Part shown: piece by piece, positions 1 to 12,724 of the stretch
Layout: every line of letters starts with the position of its first letter
How positions within the stretch are numbered: position 1 is the first letter of the stretch
Source: Laetmonice hystrix
Taxonomy: Eukaryota
Reading direction: 5' to 3'
DNA: 64,000 nucleotides
Assembly (NCBI GenBank): GCA_965235115.1
Contig: OZ249440.1
Location: forward strand, 35,094,001 to 35,158,000
Notes under the pieces: generated by a model
Told to the model about the DNA's origin: nothing
Seen by the model: only the letters and a program-made list of their open reading frames with translations
The model's database searches: none
Translations under genes and position numbers: made by a program

Positions 1-755
1 CAATCTTCTGAGATTGATGTCTTTGGCAGATCTTCTTTTCCTTATTTCATCAAGGACAGATTTGACTGATGTTTTTTCAAGGAACTCAAGTCTTCTTCTT
101 TTCTCTGGATATAAAATGCATCTGTCAGCCAGTGCAGCTCGTTTTCTGGGTGTTACTTTCTTCACAACCGAGGCAACAACCTCTGCAAATTTTTCTGGAG
201 ACTTTGGTAAAACTCGCAGTGATCGAGATATGGCAACTCTTCTTGCTACTGCTGTCTGATACCCAGACTGGGCATTATTTCTGGTGGAAGTCCCTTTTGG
301 TGAAGAGGGACAAGTTTTTCTGTTTTTGGGTGTAGCTGTTCTCTTCTCTGCATATTTAACACGACGTCGTTCATTCAGCCTTCGCCTTGCTTGAGAGCTC
401 ATGTTGTCTCGTTGCTTTTGCTTCTGTAGCCTCCATTTCTCCCTTTGCTTAGACACTTCCCCTCTTGTTTTCTTTGCTGTTTTTCTTGACTGTTCTCCTG
501 CATTTTTCTGACGAAAACGCTGCATGCGTAGCCTAGCAGTTTCCCTATCACGTGCTATCTGTTCCTCGGTGCGCCTTAATCGATAAACTTTGATGCGTGC
601 TGTTTCATAATCCCTGTGTGCCCTATACAGGTCTGGATCACATTTTAGTTTTGCTCTATATTCTTTTTGTCGCTGAGCTGCAGATGTTTTCTCTATACAT
701 GGCTGTTCTGAGGGTTGGATGTGGTTCTGAGGGTTGATTCGTAGCCGTAGTAGCC
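1..755 (-). pseudogene. Frameshifted K/R-rich N-terminal exon of a probable DNA transposase
   Basis: Minus-strand translation gives SAAQRQKEYRAKLK...RETARLRMQRFRQK, then after a frameshift ARRVAISRSLRVLPKSPEKFAEVVASVVKKVTPRKR. This resembles the basic N-termini of invertebrate transposase-like proteins. Confidence 0.45.
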
Positions 756-2932
756 TATGAAGGTAATCAATTCAGGAGGAAAAATTACTGAAGTGAATTT
801 CATTTTAAGTAGGAAATGTAAGATTATGTTGAGGCTTTAGGTTTAGATCTTCATTACTGAGAAGTTAGGTAAGTATAAGTAAGTAGCATCAGAAAATTCT
901 TAGTTCGAACTCATGCAAAACTTTAGGTGAGGGCTCCCCACATGCCACTGGACAGTGGTTTTATCTCCATTTTTTATTCAAGTATGCCAAGTAACCAGTA
1001 GGTCATATTAAAATATTACTTGTTTAAAAATGTGAATTATGCATCCATCTCACATGAAAACAACTAAAAAATAATTTATTAACCATTATGACACCCTAAA
1101 GCTTCTGCAGGTCCCTGTAGATTTACTTTAATTCAGATATTTATTAATTTGGAAACACTTGGTTGAATTGAACTCTCTAAGTCAATGGGCCTTCGTTGCT
1201 ATGAATGAAAGTAATATAAATATTAAACTGGAAGTTTGAAACATAGTTCTAAAAGTTTCTTGGGATATTACTGAACGTGTTCACCATATTGATTAAATCA
1301 AAAAAGGAAAATGTTAAGGTAAAATCATGAATTTCTATATATAGGGGTAAAATCATGAATTTCTATATATAGGCCTATGAACTAAGTCTGAACACATCTA
1401 CATCTCCCATCTACACACATACCATGGATTTGTAGGTTTTTGTGTTAAATAATTAATAATAATTAAATAATGGTATCCACTGTGCGAACATAACATAAAA
1501 TTCAAGTCTTTTCAAAGAAAATACACTGAAAAGTCTCATTGGAAATGAGAATTGAATCAACGTTTGCATGTGTTCATATTTTAAAAAAAAAGAAGGTTTC
1601 TCTTTGTATAAAAAACTGGGTACAACACTATGACTATGTTCAAACAGATGACACCAAAGTACAGGAGTTGTATGGAGTCCTGCGTGACGAACATAGCGTC
1701 AGCTACTCATTTGAAAATAACACCAGCACAGACATAAAATTTGCAAGAACTCTTTGCAAACACTGAAATATATGAAGGACAATATGCATGTCAATCCCTT
1801 TTATATAATATATTACACCAGCATCAGTGCACTGTACTGAATTTGTCAACGTTCGTAACTTATGATGCGACGACTGTTTACACAGGGCGGCATCCAAATT
1901 ACGAACGTAAGTAGCCTTGGCAAGCATATCACCTGAATCTAAAACAAATGTATTTGAGATCAGATAATCACTACGTAGAGGAAAGCTTCAACATTAAACA
2001 TGCTTTCTTTGCAGATTCGAACAGTGGAGTAAATATTCTGTGTGGTGGCTATGTTCGTCACGGGTGGACACGTCCTCAAATATCGCCCACGAACCAACTT
2101 TCCCCAAAACAGATAAAGAAAATTAGCAAAAACAGCCAAGATTTCATAGAAGTAATATTATTTTTGAAAAGCCAAATAATAAAACTTACCTTTCCATTTG
2201 ATTGAATCATAAATAACCGCCGAAGTGGCCAAATTTCAGCATGGTAGGATCCGACATTCGTCTCAGTCAACGAACGTAACCATGAACGCGCTCACTGGAC
2301 ACGACACTTCCGATAGTGAATTCTGGGAAACGAAGTCTCCTTTTGAAAAAGGAATTCCCCTCGAGGGGAGATCACGTGAGGGGGGATTCCCGCATGGAAC
2401 TGGCATCGCGAGTACTTATTAAGGTCGCGGGAAGGAAGCTGAAAATTACGTTCGTAACGAAACGGACACGTAAAGTGGTAACTAAACTGAGATTATTGTA
2501 CCTCGATAAATATGAGGCGCATTTTAATCCAGTTCAATCCAATGTTTCTGCTCTTTAGGTCGATTGTTTGCTTGGGTCCATCTTCCAAATGAAGATCCTG
2601 CATCTAGCATAAATACCCCAATTAACGCTCGTAACTGAAGTGGACACCAGCTGTTACGAACGTAGCATTGCTATTCCGATATCAAAATCACCGGATTGTA
2701 CATGTTTTTAAGTTAATCAACAAATGATCTGTAAATATATGCGTCTGAATTACCCTGTCTCAGCTGCAGAATTCTGGGGTCTCACAAATATGGGTAGTGT
2801 GCTCTTGTTACTTTAGACTAGTTCAGCCTGTAACATTTTACGGGTCCATTTTGGGTGGACAAAGCAAATATTAATTACCTGTAAAAAAATATTTGACATA
2901 TTATGCCAATAAAATTATTGTCACTGACCCTC
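1..2932 (-). mobile_element. Left part of a decayed DNA transposon, tentatively Sola2-like; continues beyond the window start
   Basis: Candidate terminus GAGGGTCAGTGACAATAATT read on the minus strand from 2932 (GRG-type end). A basic, frameshifted coding remnant at 1-755 lies on the same strand. The other TIR is not in the window. Confidence 0.35.
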
Positions 2933-4443
2933 CAGGTGCTGAATGAGCCCTCCAGACTTTAAGAATGGCGATATAATAAATAACCTGATAAAACTAGTAT
3001 GATTTTTTAGGGCATACCATAGTCACTCCAGTACTGTACACTTACACATATAATAAAAACCTTATTACCATCTTGCACTCTACTCAGGGTATACAGTTGT
3101 CTTAATGGTAATATAATACCTGATATGATAACGACACATTTTGGCCCTGTTCTTTATGACCAAATTTGTGGTTAATACAATGTCGTTAATGGTTAATGTG
3201 TGGTTAATCTTTTTGGATGATTTATCCTACTTGTTTAACAAGCCCATGTCTATGTTACACTCGTGCGACAGATGCCAAGGAAAATCACCTGTGGCAATGC
3301 ACACAGTAGTGCTTCAGTTACCACAAGTTCTCGTGTTGAATTCCATGCACTTCAAAAGTGCCACACCCGTCGGAGGCCAGGATCCTGTGTACACGAAGAA
3401 TGAGGCGCCTATTGACATAAATAGGTCAGGTTCATAACGTTCTTTATGTGGCCAGACTATTTTGGCTACCCTATAATAAAAAAACCGCTGCAGTAACATA
3501 AGATATTCTATTATTATAACGACTCTTGAATGTTAATTATTCTAAGCATATGTATATGGTTATGTCCAAAGGTGAAGGCAACATCTTCTTTCTTTGCTTT
3601 CAGAACAACTTTGGATATTTGATCGGTTCATAAGATTTACATCAATGCATCAAAACAGAATGCAGCAGGGAATCGCCTTGTTCGCATAGATCATGGGAAC
3701 TTCCATATTATACAAAGCCCAACCTTACAATGCAGGGTTAAATGTCAGTTCTAAGTGAATGTCCATTATATCCGTGTTCTATGTATCCGATGCTTACAAC
3801 TTGACAGTGGCCTAAAAAAAATTATTTAAATTTTTAGAATCTTACACGTGCAAGGCAGACATGGAACAGCTACATACCGACTAATATCTGTGCAGGTAGT
3901 TGAACAAATGAGCACATTTTCCATACTGTAGCAATTTCATAGACATTTCTCTGTGAACTCAATATTATCTGTCAAAAATGTTGGCCGTTCATTCGGGCCC
4001 AGTAACATTCACTTTTCTTAAGCGCAATTTCATTTCAGGGTCATGTTGGTTCATTACAAAGAGGCCACTGTAAGTAGTTTTATCCCATGGTCAATGTAGC
4101 CTATTGCGTGTTATTTTGCGACGACAATATTTATAAGACATTTTCGGGGGGTAATATGCCAAATGGTGTAAAGGATTATATCAAAGGCAAGGGTGAAATC
4201 CAGCTGTTATATGCTGATCCGCCTTGTATGTCCCATTATCAAATTATCTTTGAATAAAAAATAAAGGTTTCCTCTTGTCTCATCTTCTTGCGGGTTACAT
4301 ATATACTTCTGCTGACCAGATTGGACTGTTAACTTCAAAGAAGTTGACACCCAACCCACAGTCCTCCACGATGAAAGCGTCAATCAAGCTGAAAGGGAAC
4401 GCCTGCTTTAACGGAGCCAGTTAAAACTAATTATCAACGGCTG

Positions 4444-7400
4444 GTGGACGCGTTTTTGAAAGAGTACCGCCCAAAGCCGGCCAAGCGCTGGGAGTTCGAA
4501 AACACCCTAAGATCACGACGCCAGCAGCCGGGTGAAGATCTCCGCGATTTCGTGAGGACGGTCCGCTGCGAGGGCAACAGGATTGGGCTTCAAGATAACC
4601 AGATGGCCACCATCGTTTTGAACAACCTACAACCCAACGTCCGGGCTCTCATCCCGGAACAGCCAGAGACGGTGGCCGGTATACTGGACACGCCTGTCGG
4701 GAGGGGTGATGTCCAAGTGTCCACCACCCAAAGCATCGACGCATCCCAGTACCAGCAGCTGATCGACATGCTGCAGAGGCAGAACGCCACCATCGCCAGC
4801 CTGGAGGGGCAAGTGTTGGCCGCAAGCGCGGGAAACCCAACGGCCCGGCAACACCAGCCACGTGGTGGATCAAATTACACCCACGCGGGCAGCGCCATGG
4901 GGGGCAGCAACAACACCGGCGTGGACCAACCCCCAGACCACCAAGGCGTGACCACCGGCAGCAGCCCGCCGAGCCATGCCGAGGCTGTGGGGGCGAGTGC
5001 CGCAATAAATTTAATTGCAAGGCGTATGGTTCAGTATGCTCCTATTGCAACAGATGAAATCACTGGGCCAAGGTTTGCTTTAAGAGGTTGGCGGATCAGT
5101 CACAGTCCCGCCCTTCACAGCAGGTTAATCAGAGGTTTTCTGACACCAATCACTTTTAGGGGTGTCTGCCTGGCCAGAGAGATCTGGACAGGCACCATAG
5201 GCAGGAATCAGGTGACATAAAGAAAGTATGTGTCAATTCCAGTAAAGCACAGGGGGTCAGAAGGTACAATGCCAGAGGTTACTGTGGCTGAGAGTGTATA
5301 AGAATCAGCTTCAGGTCTGCATGGGTCGTTTTCACATCTGGGCACTCATAGACTCAGGCGCTAATATCAGTGTAATGTCCAGTGAATTGGCAAGCTGGGT
5401 AAAGTTCTCAAGCCTGATTTTAACATGGTTAATGGTGTTGGTGGTGAAGTGCACCAGGTGATGGAGAAGTTAGAGTTACATTTCTGGATCAACTCTGTTC
5501 AGATCAAACATATGTTTCATGTTATCAAAGGTCACCATAGTCTTATACTTGGTATCGACTTCTCACAGCCACAGTCAGCAGTGGTAGATTTTGGCGTGAG
5601 TCAGTTGAAAATCAAAGGTGAACAGGTGAAGTTAACTCATCCAGCCATTAGATCATCATCGATGTCAGAAGTCACAGTGCCTGTGAAATGTTCTAAGGAG
5701 TATTGTAACACATTGTTAATGTTGAACTCAAAGACTCAGAGTGAGGCAAGAAATATCACAGTCATGCCCACCCTAGTCTATGTTTGTGGTTCTAGAACTA
5801 TGTGTCGAGTAGTCAATAAGACATTCGAGGACATCCATTTACCTGCCCATTTCACTCTAGCTCATGCACACAGGGTAACTGAACCTGATATTTCTAACGT
5901 GTGTCAAATAGAACCAGTTAATTTATGTACCCCTGATCAGGAAGGTGACATTTCTTTTGATATCAGCACGTAAGTCAATACTTTCACAGTTCTTAAAAGA
6001 CAGTCGCAATGTATTTGCCAAAGATAAGTCAGAGCTAGGTCGTTCCTCTGTTGTTACCCACGACATCGATACAGGAGTTTCTCGACCAGTGGCCCAAAGA
6101 TTTTACAGAGCGTCACCTGAGAAGAGAGCAGAAACTGATCGACAGATTAAGGAAAATTTGGAGTTGGGTCTCATAGAACCCTCTACCTCTGAATAGCGTT
6201 CTCCAGTGGTTTTAGTGAAGAAGGCGAATGGTTCCTGGCGTATGTGCTGCGACTACCGCAAATTGAACGCTATTACTCGTCCACAATCCTTTCCTCTGCC
6301 TTGCCTAGAAGATGTTTGGGACGCAATAGGCGAAAAGAAAGCAACAGTCTTCAGTACTCTAGATATGGCCCGTGGGTTCCACCAGCTGGGAATGGACCCA
6401 GGGTCCGTACACAAAACTGCATTCGTCACACAAAATGGACAATTCCAGTGGAAAGTCTTACCATATGGTTTAACAAACAGTCCGGTTATATTTATACCAG
6501 CTATGCACCAAATCCTTCGTAAATATCTGTTTAAAACATGCATCATCTATCTGTTTAAAACATGCATCATCTATGTCGACGATATAACTGTGTTCTCGAA
6601 GAACATGGAGGAATGGAGGAACACAGAAAACATCTGCGGGAAATATTGCAAAAGCTGGACTAAAACTCAACCCTTCAAAATGTAAATTTTCAGCCGAGGA
6701 AGTAAAGTACTTGGGACACATTTTATCATGGTATTCGGCCCAACCCAGAAAAGACAGCAGTCATAGACAGTTTTCCTGTGCCTGATAATGAGAAGCAGGT
6801 GCGTTCCTTCATTGGCCTAACCAATTACTACAGACTTTTCATTAAAGACTACAGCAAGATTGCAGCACCCCTGTTTGCTCTTCTTCGCACGGATGTTCCC
6901 TTTGTGTGGTCTGACAAGTGTCAACAGGCGTTTGACTACTTGAGGAAGAAACTAGTACAAGAACCCATTTTAAAATATCCCGATATGTCAAAGCCCTTCT
7001 GCTTGACGACAGATGCCTCCAACACCGGGATCGGGTATGTGTTGAGTCAGCCAGGTGAAGCAGGCCAAGAACATGTAGTAGCCTATGGTGGTCGTGCGCT
7101 ACATGGTGCTGAACCAAGATATTCCACCTCAGAACTGGAGTATCTAGCAATCAAGGAGGGAATACAGGCATATCATCCATATCTCGCAGATACACAATTC
7201 ACAGTGCATACCGACCACAAACCTCTCAAATATGCAACCAGTTTTCGACTAGATGGAGGTAGACTTGGAAGGTGGGCCATGTTTCTGCAAAATTACAACT
7301 TCAAGACAGAGTATAAATCAGGAAAAACTAATCTGAACGCAGACACTCTTTTAAGAATACCATTCCCAGAGTTACAGCAAAGCAATACCGACAAACCTTT

Positions 7401-8960
7401 CCAAAACCATCCTTCTGTTGATATATGTGCAGTGGATCCTCTTAGCATGGCAGAGATGCAGAGACTCTGCCCCGACATACAACCATTTTACAAGTTTCAC
7501 CAACACAATGTACTTCCACAAAACAATAGACTGGCAAACTTGATTTGTAGGACTCAAGACCAGTATGTCATTGCTGACGATGACCTACTCTACCATATCA
7601 CATTCCTTGGGAACAGAAGAAAGCCAGAGACGATGATAAAACAACTTGTAGTGCCCAAGTGTCGCTCCGTGCTTACTGGCCGGGTATGTACAAAACAGTT
7701 GAGGAGAATGTGAGAAGCTGTGGGACGTGCCAGAAAGTTAAACATCAAAACAAGAAATCAGCTTTGTTGACACCGATGCCAATAGCCCCAGTATTTGACA
7801 GATGGCACAAGGATTTTCTATGCATGAAGGCCACACCTGAGGGATACAAATACATACTTCTGTTGGTTGACAGCTTCTCACGCTGGTGTGAAGCCATACC
7901 AACCAAGTCTCAAGACGCCCAAACAGTAGCCAGAATTCTATATGAGGAAATATTCACAAGATATGGTACACCCAAGAAAATAGTATCTGACTTATGGCCC
8001 TGATCCACCGGTGGCGACACGTTCGTAACAGCTTCGCGATGGAGATGCTTGATCGCGAAGCCGTAGTTGTCATTTTGTTGAGACAGCTTGGCGACATGAT
8101 TCAGTAAGTCGCCAAGCTGTCTCGAAGCACGCGCCAAGGTGTCACGAAAATCACATACCTGATCCACCGGTTGCGACAACAACACCCTCGCGAACTGCGT
8201 CCGTTGCCAGTCGCGAATATCAAACTTGTTTGATATTGGCGACACTTGTCGCAAAGCTGTCACAAAGCCAGGTGTGTCGCGAAGCTGTCACCAATCCGTC
8301 TCCAAAGCTGATCCACCGAAATTGTGTTTCGCGATTGCCGAGCAATTTTTAGATGCTCGGGCTGTCGCGAAGATGTCACGAACATGTCGCCAACCCATCA
8401 CGAAGCCCAATCGCCACCGGTGGATCAGGGGCATTAGGCCGACAGTTTACATCAAAGTTAGTGCGAGCACTATGTGAACTGGGTGGTGCAAAACAAAAGT
8501 TCACATCTCCCTATCATCCCCAGACAAATGCCACTTGCGAACACATGAACAGCTTCATCATTCAAAGTGTGAAAGCCTACTGTGAGAAGGATCAAAACGA
8601 CTGGCTAACCAAACTACCAGGAATCATGATGGCCTACCGTTCAACACCAGCCACGCGTTCAACTGGATTATCTCCATATCAACTTGTCTTTGGTCGCACC
8701 ATGAACACACCACCAGATGTCGACCTACTTCCGAAACCGTCACTACCTGAGGGAGTTCAACAACATCTGAACAACCTGGTAACTAACCTCGAGGTATTCA
8801 AAGAAATTGCTGAGGACAATGTCAAGAAAAACCAAGACCGCTACAAAACAGTTCATGACAGGAAAGCCACAAATAAAGTATTCCATGTTGGAAATAAAGT
8901 CCTGATGTCAAACCAAGCAGTGGGAGTGGGTTTCGTTCCGAAGCTATTTCCACCAATTTG
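4444..8960 (+). pseudogene. Degenerate Ty3/Gypsy gag-pol (gag, protease, RT, RNase H, integrase); LTRs not recognised
   Basis: Gag-like RRQQPGEDLRDF, protease LIDSGANISV (~5345), RT WRMCCDYRKLN...YVDD (~6571), RNase H TDASNTGIG...TDHKPL, integrase LLVDSFSRW...SDLGRQF...SPYHPQTN. The PR-RT-RH-IN order is Gypsy-type. Multiple stops and frameshifts are present. Confidence 0.95.
7995..8433. mobile_element. PIF/Harbinger-type (Tourist-like) MITE inserted in the Gypsy integrase
   Basis: 23-bp TIRs TG(G/C)CCCTGATCCACCGGTGGCGA and TTA duplicated at 7992-7994 and 8434-8436. Removing the element restores the in-frame integrase sequence VSDLGRQF. Confidence 0.9.
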
Positions 8961-10185
8961 AGGGTAGGCCACCTACTTTGGAATATATATGCGCCTGGAC
9001 ATCCGACCCTAGACATATTGGGACTGAGCCACCGACTTTGGATATATTTGGGCCTAATCCACCGACTTCAGACATATTTGGGGCTAGGCCACCTACTTTG
9101 GAATATATGCACCTGGACAACAGACCCTAGACCTCTTGGGCCTGGGCCACAGACTTTGGACATATTTGGGACTAATCCACCGACTTTCGACATAATATTG
9201 GGGCTAGACCAACTTTTGACATATTTGGCCCTAATCCACCGACTTTTGACATAATTTGGAGGTAGACCACCTACTTTGAAATATATGGGCTTGGACAACC
9301 GGCCCTAGACATATTGGGCCTGGGCCACCAGCTTTGGACATATTTGGGCCGAATCCACCGACTTTCGACATATTTGGGACGAGGCCACGCCCTTTGAAAT
9401 ATATGGGCCTGGACAAACAACCTAGACATATTTGGCCTGGGCCACCGACTGTTGGACATATTTGGGCCTAATGGACCGACTTTCGAAATATTTGGGGCTA
9501 GGCCACCTACTTTGGAATATATGCGCCTGGACAACAGACCCTGGATATCTTGGGCCTGGGCCACCGACTTTGGACATATTTGGCCCTAATCCACCGACTT
9601 TTGACATAATTTGGGGCTGGGCCACGCCCTTTGAAATACATGGGCCTGGACAAACGACCCTAGACATATTAGGACTGGGCCATGGACTTTGGACATATTT
9701 GGGCCTAATCCACCGACTTTCGACATATTTGGGGCTAGGCCGCGCACTTTAAAATATATGGGCCTGGACAACTGACGCTAGACATATTGGGCCTGGGCCA
9801 CCGACTTTGGACATATTTGGGCCTAGTCCACCGACTTTCGACATATTTGGGACTAGGCCACCTATTTTGAAATATATGGGCGTGGACAACTGGCCCTAGA
9901 CATATTGGGCCTGGCCCACCATCTTTTGACATATTTGGGCCTAATCCACCAACTTTCGACATAATACTGGGGATAGGCCACCTACTTTGGAATATATGCG
10001 CCCGGACAACCGACCCTGAACATCTTGGGCCTGGGCCACCGACCATGAACATATTTTGGCTTAATCCACCGACTTTAGATATATTTGGGGCTAGGTCACC
10101 TACATTGGAATATATGCGCCTGGACAATAGAACCTAGACATCTTGGGCCTGGGCCTGGGCCACCAACTTTGGACATATTTGGGGT
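8960..10185. repeat. Tandem satellite with a ~118-120 bp higher-order unit made of four ~30-bp subrepeats (CCACCGACTTTGGACATATTTGGG-like)
   Basis: ACCTACTTTGGAATATAT-like anchors recur about every 119 bp (8971, 9092, 9505, 9980, 10098). Confidence 0.9.
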
Positions 10186-10648
10186 CGGCCGCTGCCCCCG
10201 GCTCCCCCCCCCCCCAGGCCACCCCCTTAAGACTGTGCCCCCCCCCCTTCCACAGAACACACCTTCTGGATCCGCCCCTGCAACAGTCTATCTGGCTCAG
10301 GCCATCGACATACGGAGCCCTACGCTATGTCAACCGGTAGGACATGTGTGTATGGAAGGCCCTACGTGTAGAGATCTATTATAGTCTGTCCGCGCTAACT
10401 TGAGCCTAATACATATTCATGATATGCAGGGTCATCTTTGTTTACTGCCGGCTGCCGGCCAATGGGTGAGTGGGGTGCTGGAGACTACCCACGTGTAGGG
10501 GGCAGCACATGGTTTGACCACAGGCATCCAGCTGCCGGTCACGGTAACTAAACCTGTACACTCTACCACGATTTAGTCCTGACACACAATATTGCATTTA
10601 GAGCATACATGCACATGGTAAAATAAATAAATATTTAACTCACGTAAA

Positions 10649-12040
10649 TTACAATGAAAGGGGGTAGACTCCCATGTCATCCTGATCCTCTGAGGTATCT
10701 GTCTCTGATCCTGTGTCAGATAAATCCGAGTCACTGCTTGTGTCATCTATGGAGATAATTAGTTCCTCGACCCTTTCCTCCATGAGATTATCACTCTTCC
10801 AGTAATCATCTTCCAGTTTCCTTACATGCCTGATAGCATTCTGCCAGTCAGTTGGTGTGATGGAAGATGTTGCTTCAAGACAGAGTCTTTCAATATCAGC
10901 AATCTTGAAAGTCTTGTTTCTTCTAGCCACTTGTCCTTTGATATTTGCCCATATCAGTTCAATAGGATTTAAGTCACAGTGGTATGGTGGTGTTCTTACG
11001 ACAGTGTGTCCATGGTGACGTGCCATTTCATCGATCTCATATTTTAATTCCCTGGGCTTTACAAACTTAATCATTTCATACAGTTCAGCTTTTAACATAC
11101 CAGGCTGGAGAGCAACATTTTTATCTTCTAGCCACTTAAGCATCTCACTCTTTCTGCTGTTGGAGGTTGGAGCTTTGTCAAGTTGCATACTATGATAAGA
11201 AGCATTGTCCATTACAATGAGTGAGTTGGGTGGAATATTGGGTAGAAGTTTCTCCCGAAACCATTTTTTATAGTTGTCGCCATTCATCTCGTCATGGTAA
11301 TCTCCGGATTTCTGCTTGGCCCTGAAGAGAAGCAACCCGTTGGCAACAAATCCCTGCTCACCTCCTGCATGACTGATGATGAGCCTGCTTCCTTGTCCTT
11401 CTGGAATCTTTAACCCAAGTTGCCTTTCTGCTGTGGGTTCATCTGGGAGCTGCCATGATTTCGACATACTGTGATGTGCATTAAGCCATGTCTCATCTTG
11501 ATAGATAACAGGCCTTGGGTTGGGAGAGTTCCTATTTTCCCTCATCTTGCGTAGGAATGAATGCCTGGCACTGATGATATCAGATCGTTCAAGCAAGAAC
11601 CTCCTGCCATTCGAACGTGTACACCTAAATCCCATACGAAGCAAAACTTGGTGAAGTGAGGTTTTTTCTCCAGTAAACTGTGTTTCTCGCTTTACGATAG
11701 GGAGTAATTTCCTGACAGTAGGTAATCCTTTGGTCTTGTCCATGTAGTAATTGTGAACCAGCCTCCTTGTGACACACTTATCAAAGTCGTCCAGTTCCAC
11801 TACCCTGGGCTTCTTGATTTTCCTCTTCTTACCAGGTGTGGAGAAGACGGTTTGGATGGTTCCTTCCTTCTGGATCCTCTTTACACTGGCTTTACCAATT
11901 CCAAGGCACTCAGCAGTCTTGTTGATCCAACTACCTCCACTTTCTTGGGTTTCTTTCTTAAAATATTGAATAGCATTAAACACCAGCTCTCTTGCTTGAC
12001 TTCCTAAAGCCTTGCCTTTCCTTATTTTAGATGCAGACAT
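10649..12040 (-). CDS. DD82E Tc1/mariner-superfamily transposase, intact (~463 aa from MSASKIRKG; the frame is open from 12121)
   Basis: Motifs YQDETW, VMDNASYH and PPYHCDLNPIELIW. I counted 82 residues between the second D and the E. Confidence 0.92.
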   Translation of the reverse strand: MSASKIRKGKALGSQARELVFNAIQYFKKETQESGGSWINKTAECLGIGKASVKRIQKEGTIQTVFSTPGKKRKIKKPRVVELDDFDKCVTRRLVHNYYMDKTKGLPTVRKLLPIVKRETQFTGEKTSLHQVLLRMGFRCTRSNGRRFLLERSDIISARHSFLRKMRENRNSPNPRPVIYQDETWLNAHHSMSKSWQLPDEPTAERQLGLKIPEGQGSRLIISHAGGEQGFVANGLLLFRAKQKSGDYHDEMNGDNYKKWFREKLLPNIPPNSLIVMDNASYHSMQLDKAPTSNSRKSEMLKWLEDKNVALQPGMLKAELYEMIKFVKPRELKYEIDEMARHHGHTVVRTPPYHCDLNPIELIWANIKGQVARRNKTFKIADIERLCLEATSSITPTDWQNAIRHVRKLEDDYWKSDNLMEERVEELIISIDDTSSDSDLSDTGSETDTSEDQDDMGVYPLSL

Positions 12041-12724
12041 GTTGGATAGAAGTTGCGAAGTCTGAGCTTTGTATTCAGTAGCTGTCTGATAACAAGTGAG
12101 GGCATGGTCCTGATGGTTCATTTAATCGTTATTCCCACTCCTTCTGTGTGGTTGCTAGTTAATGAACACATTTCTTTGATGTAAACCACCCCATTTTATT
12201 ATTCAATTCCCCCCATGGGGACCGGGGTAAGAATGTTCCCCAGCCCCCCCTGGCTGTTCGTAAGAGGCGAATAAATGGGGCGACTTGTTTGCCGTGAGTC
12301 GCGACCCGTGTCGGTGGAGGAAGAGGTCCTGGTACCTGAGGACGGTGAATTGCTGCGGCTTTTCACAGGTCCAACACGGTGCTTTGGCTCCTACTTCACC
12401 TAGACGGGAGGTTGGAGAGGCCCGATCCAATCAATCGGCTGGTCACGCCTTGCCCTAGGATTTTTTCTATTGAGTACCCTTTACAGTGGATTTAATTCTC
12501 TTATACATTAGGCAACATCTATCGTAACTATTTCTTCTTTATTCCTAGAAGGCGGTGGCTTAGGGTCAATCAAGTAATGGCGACACCCTCTTTCGTTCCA
12601 TTGCTTGAGTATACCAACCCTATATCCTTGGTTTGCAACTGCTGGTTACCGCAGCTCTGCACTTCCCCTTGTTGGGCTCCGTGGAGGGTGGGGAATAGGG
12701 TTGGTGAAACACTCTAACACAAAC

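Noticed and set aside
4145..4299. Possible LTR of the Gypsy element (G-run, TG...AATAAA...GGGTTACA)
   Set aside because: There is no second copy, and no PBS follows it, so it cannot be supported.
8958..10384. Many short ORFs on both strands
   Set aside because: They are translation artefacts of the tandem satellite.
10649..12121. IS630-like transposase as part of a Fanzor/TnpB system
   Set aside because: No RuvC/zinc-finger ORF lies between the TIRs; the non-LINE remainder is too short and non-coding.
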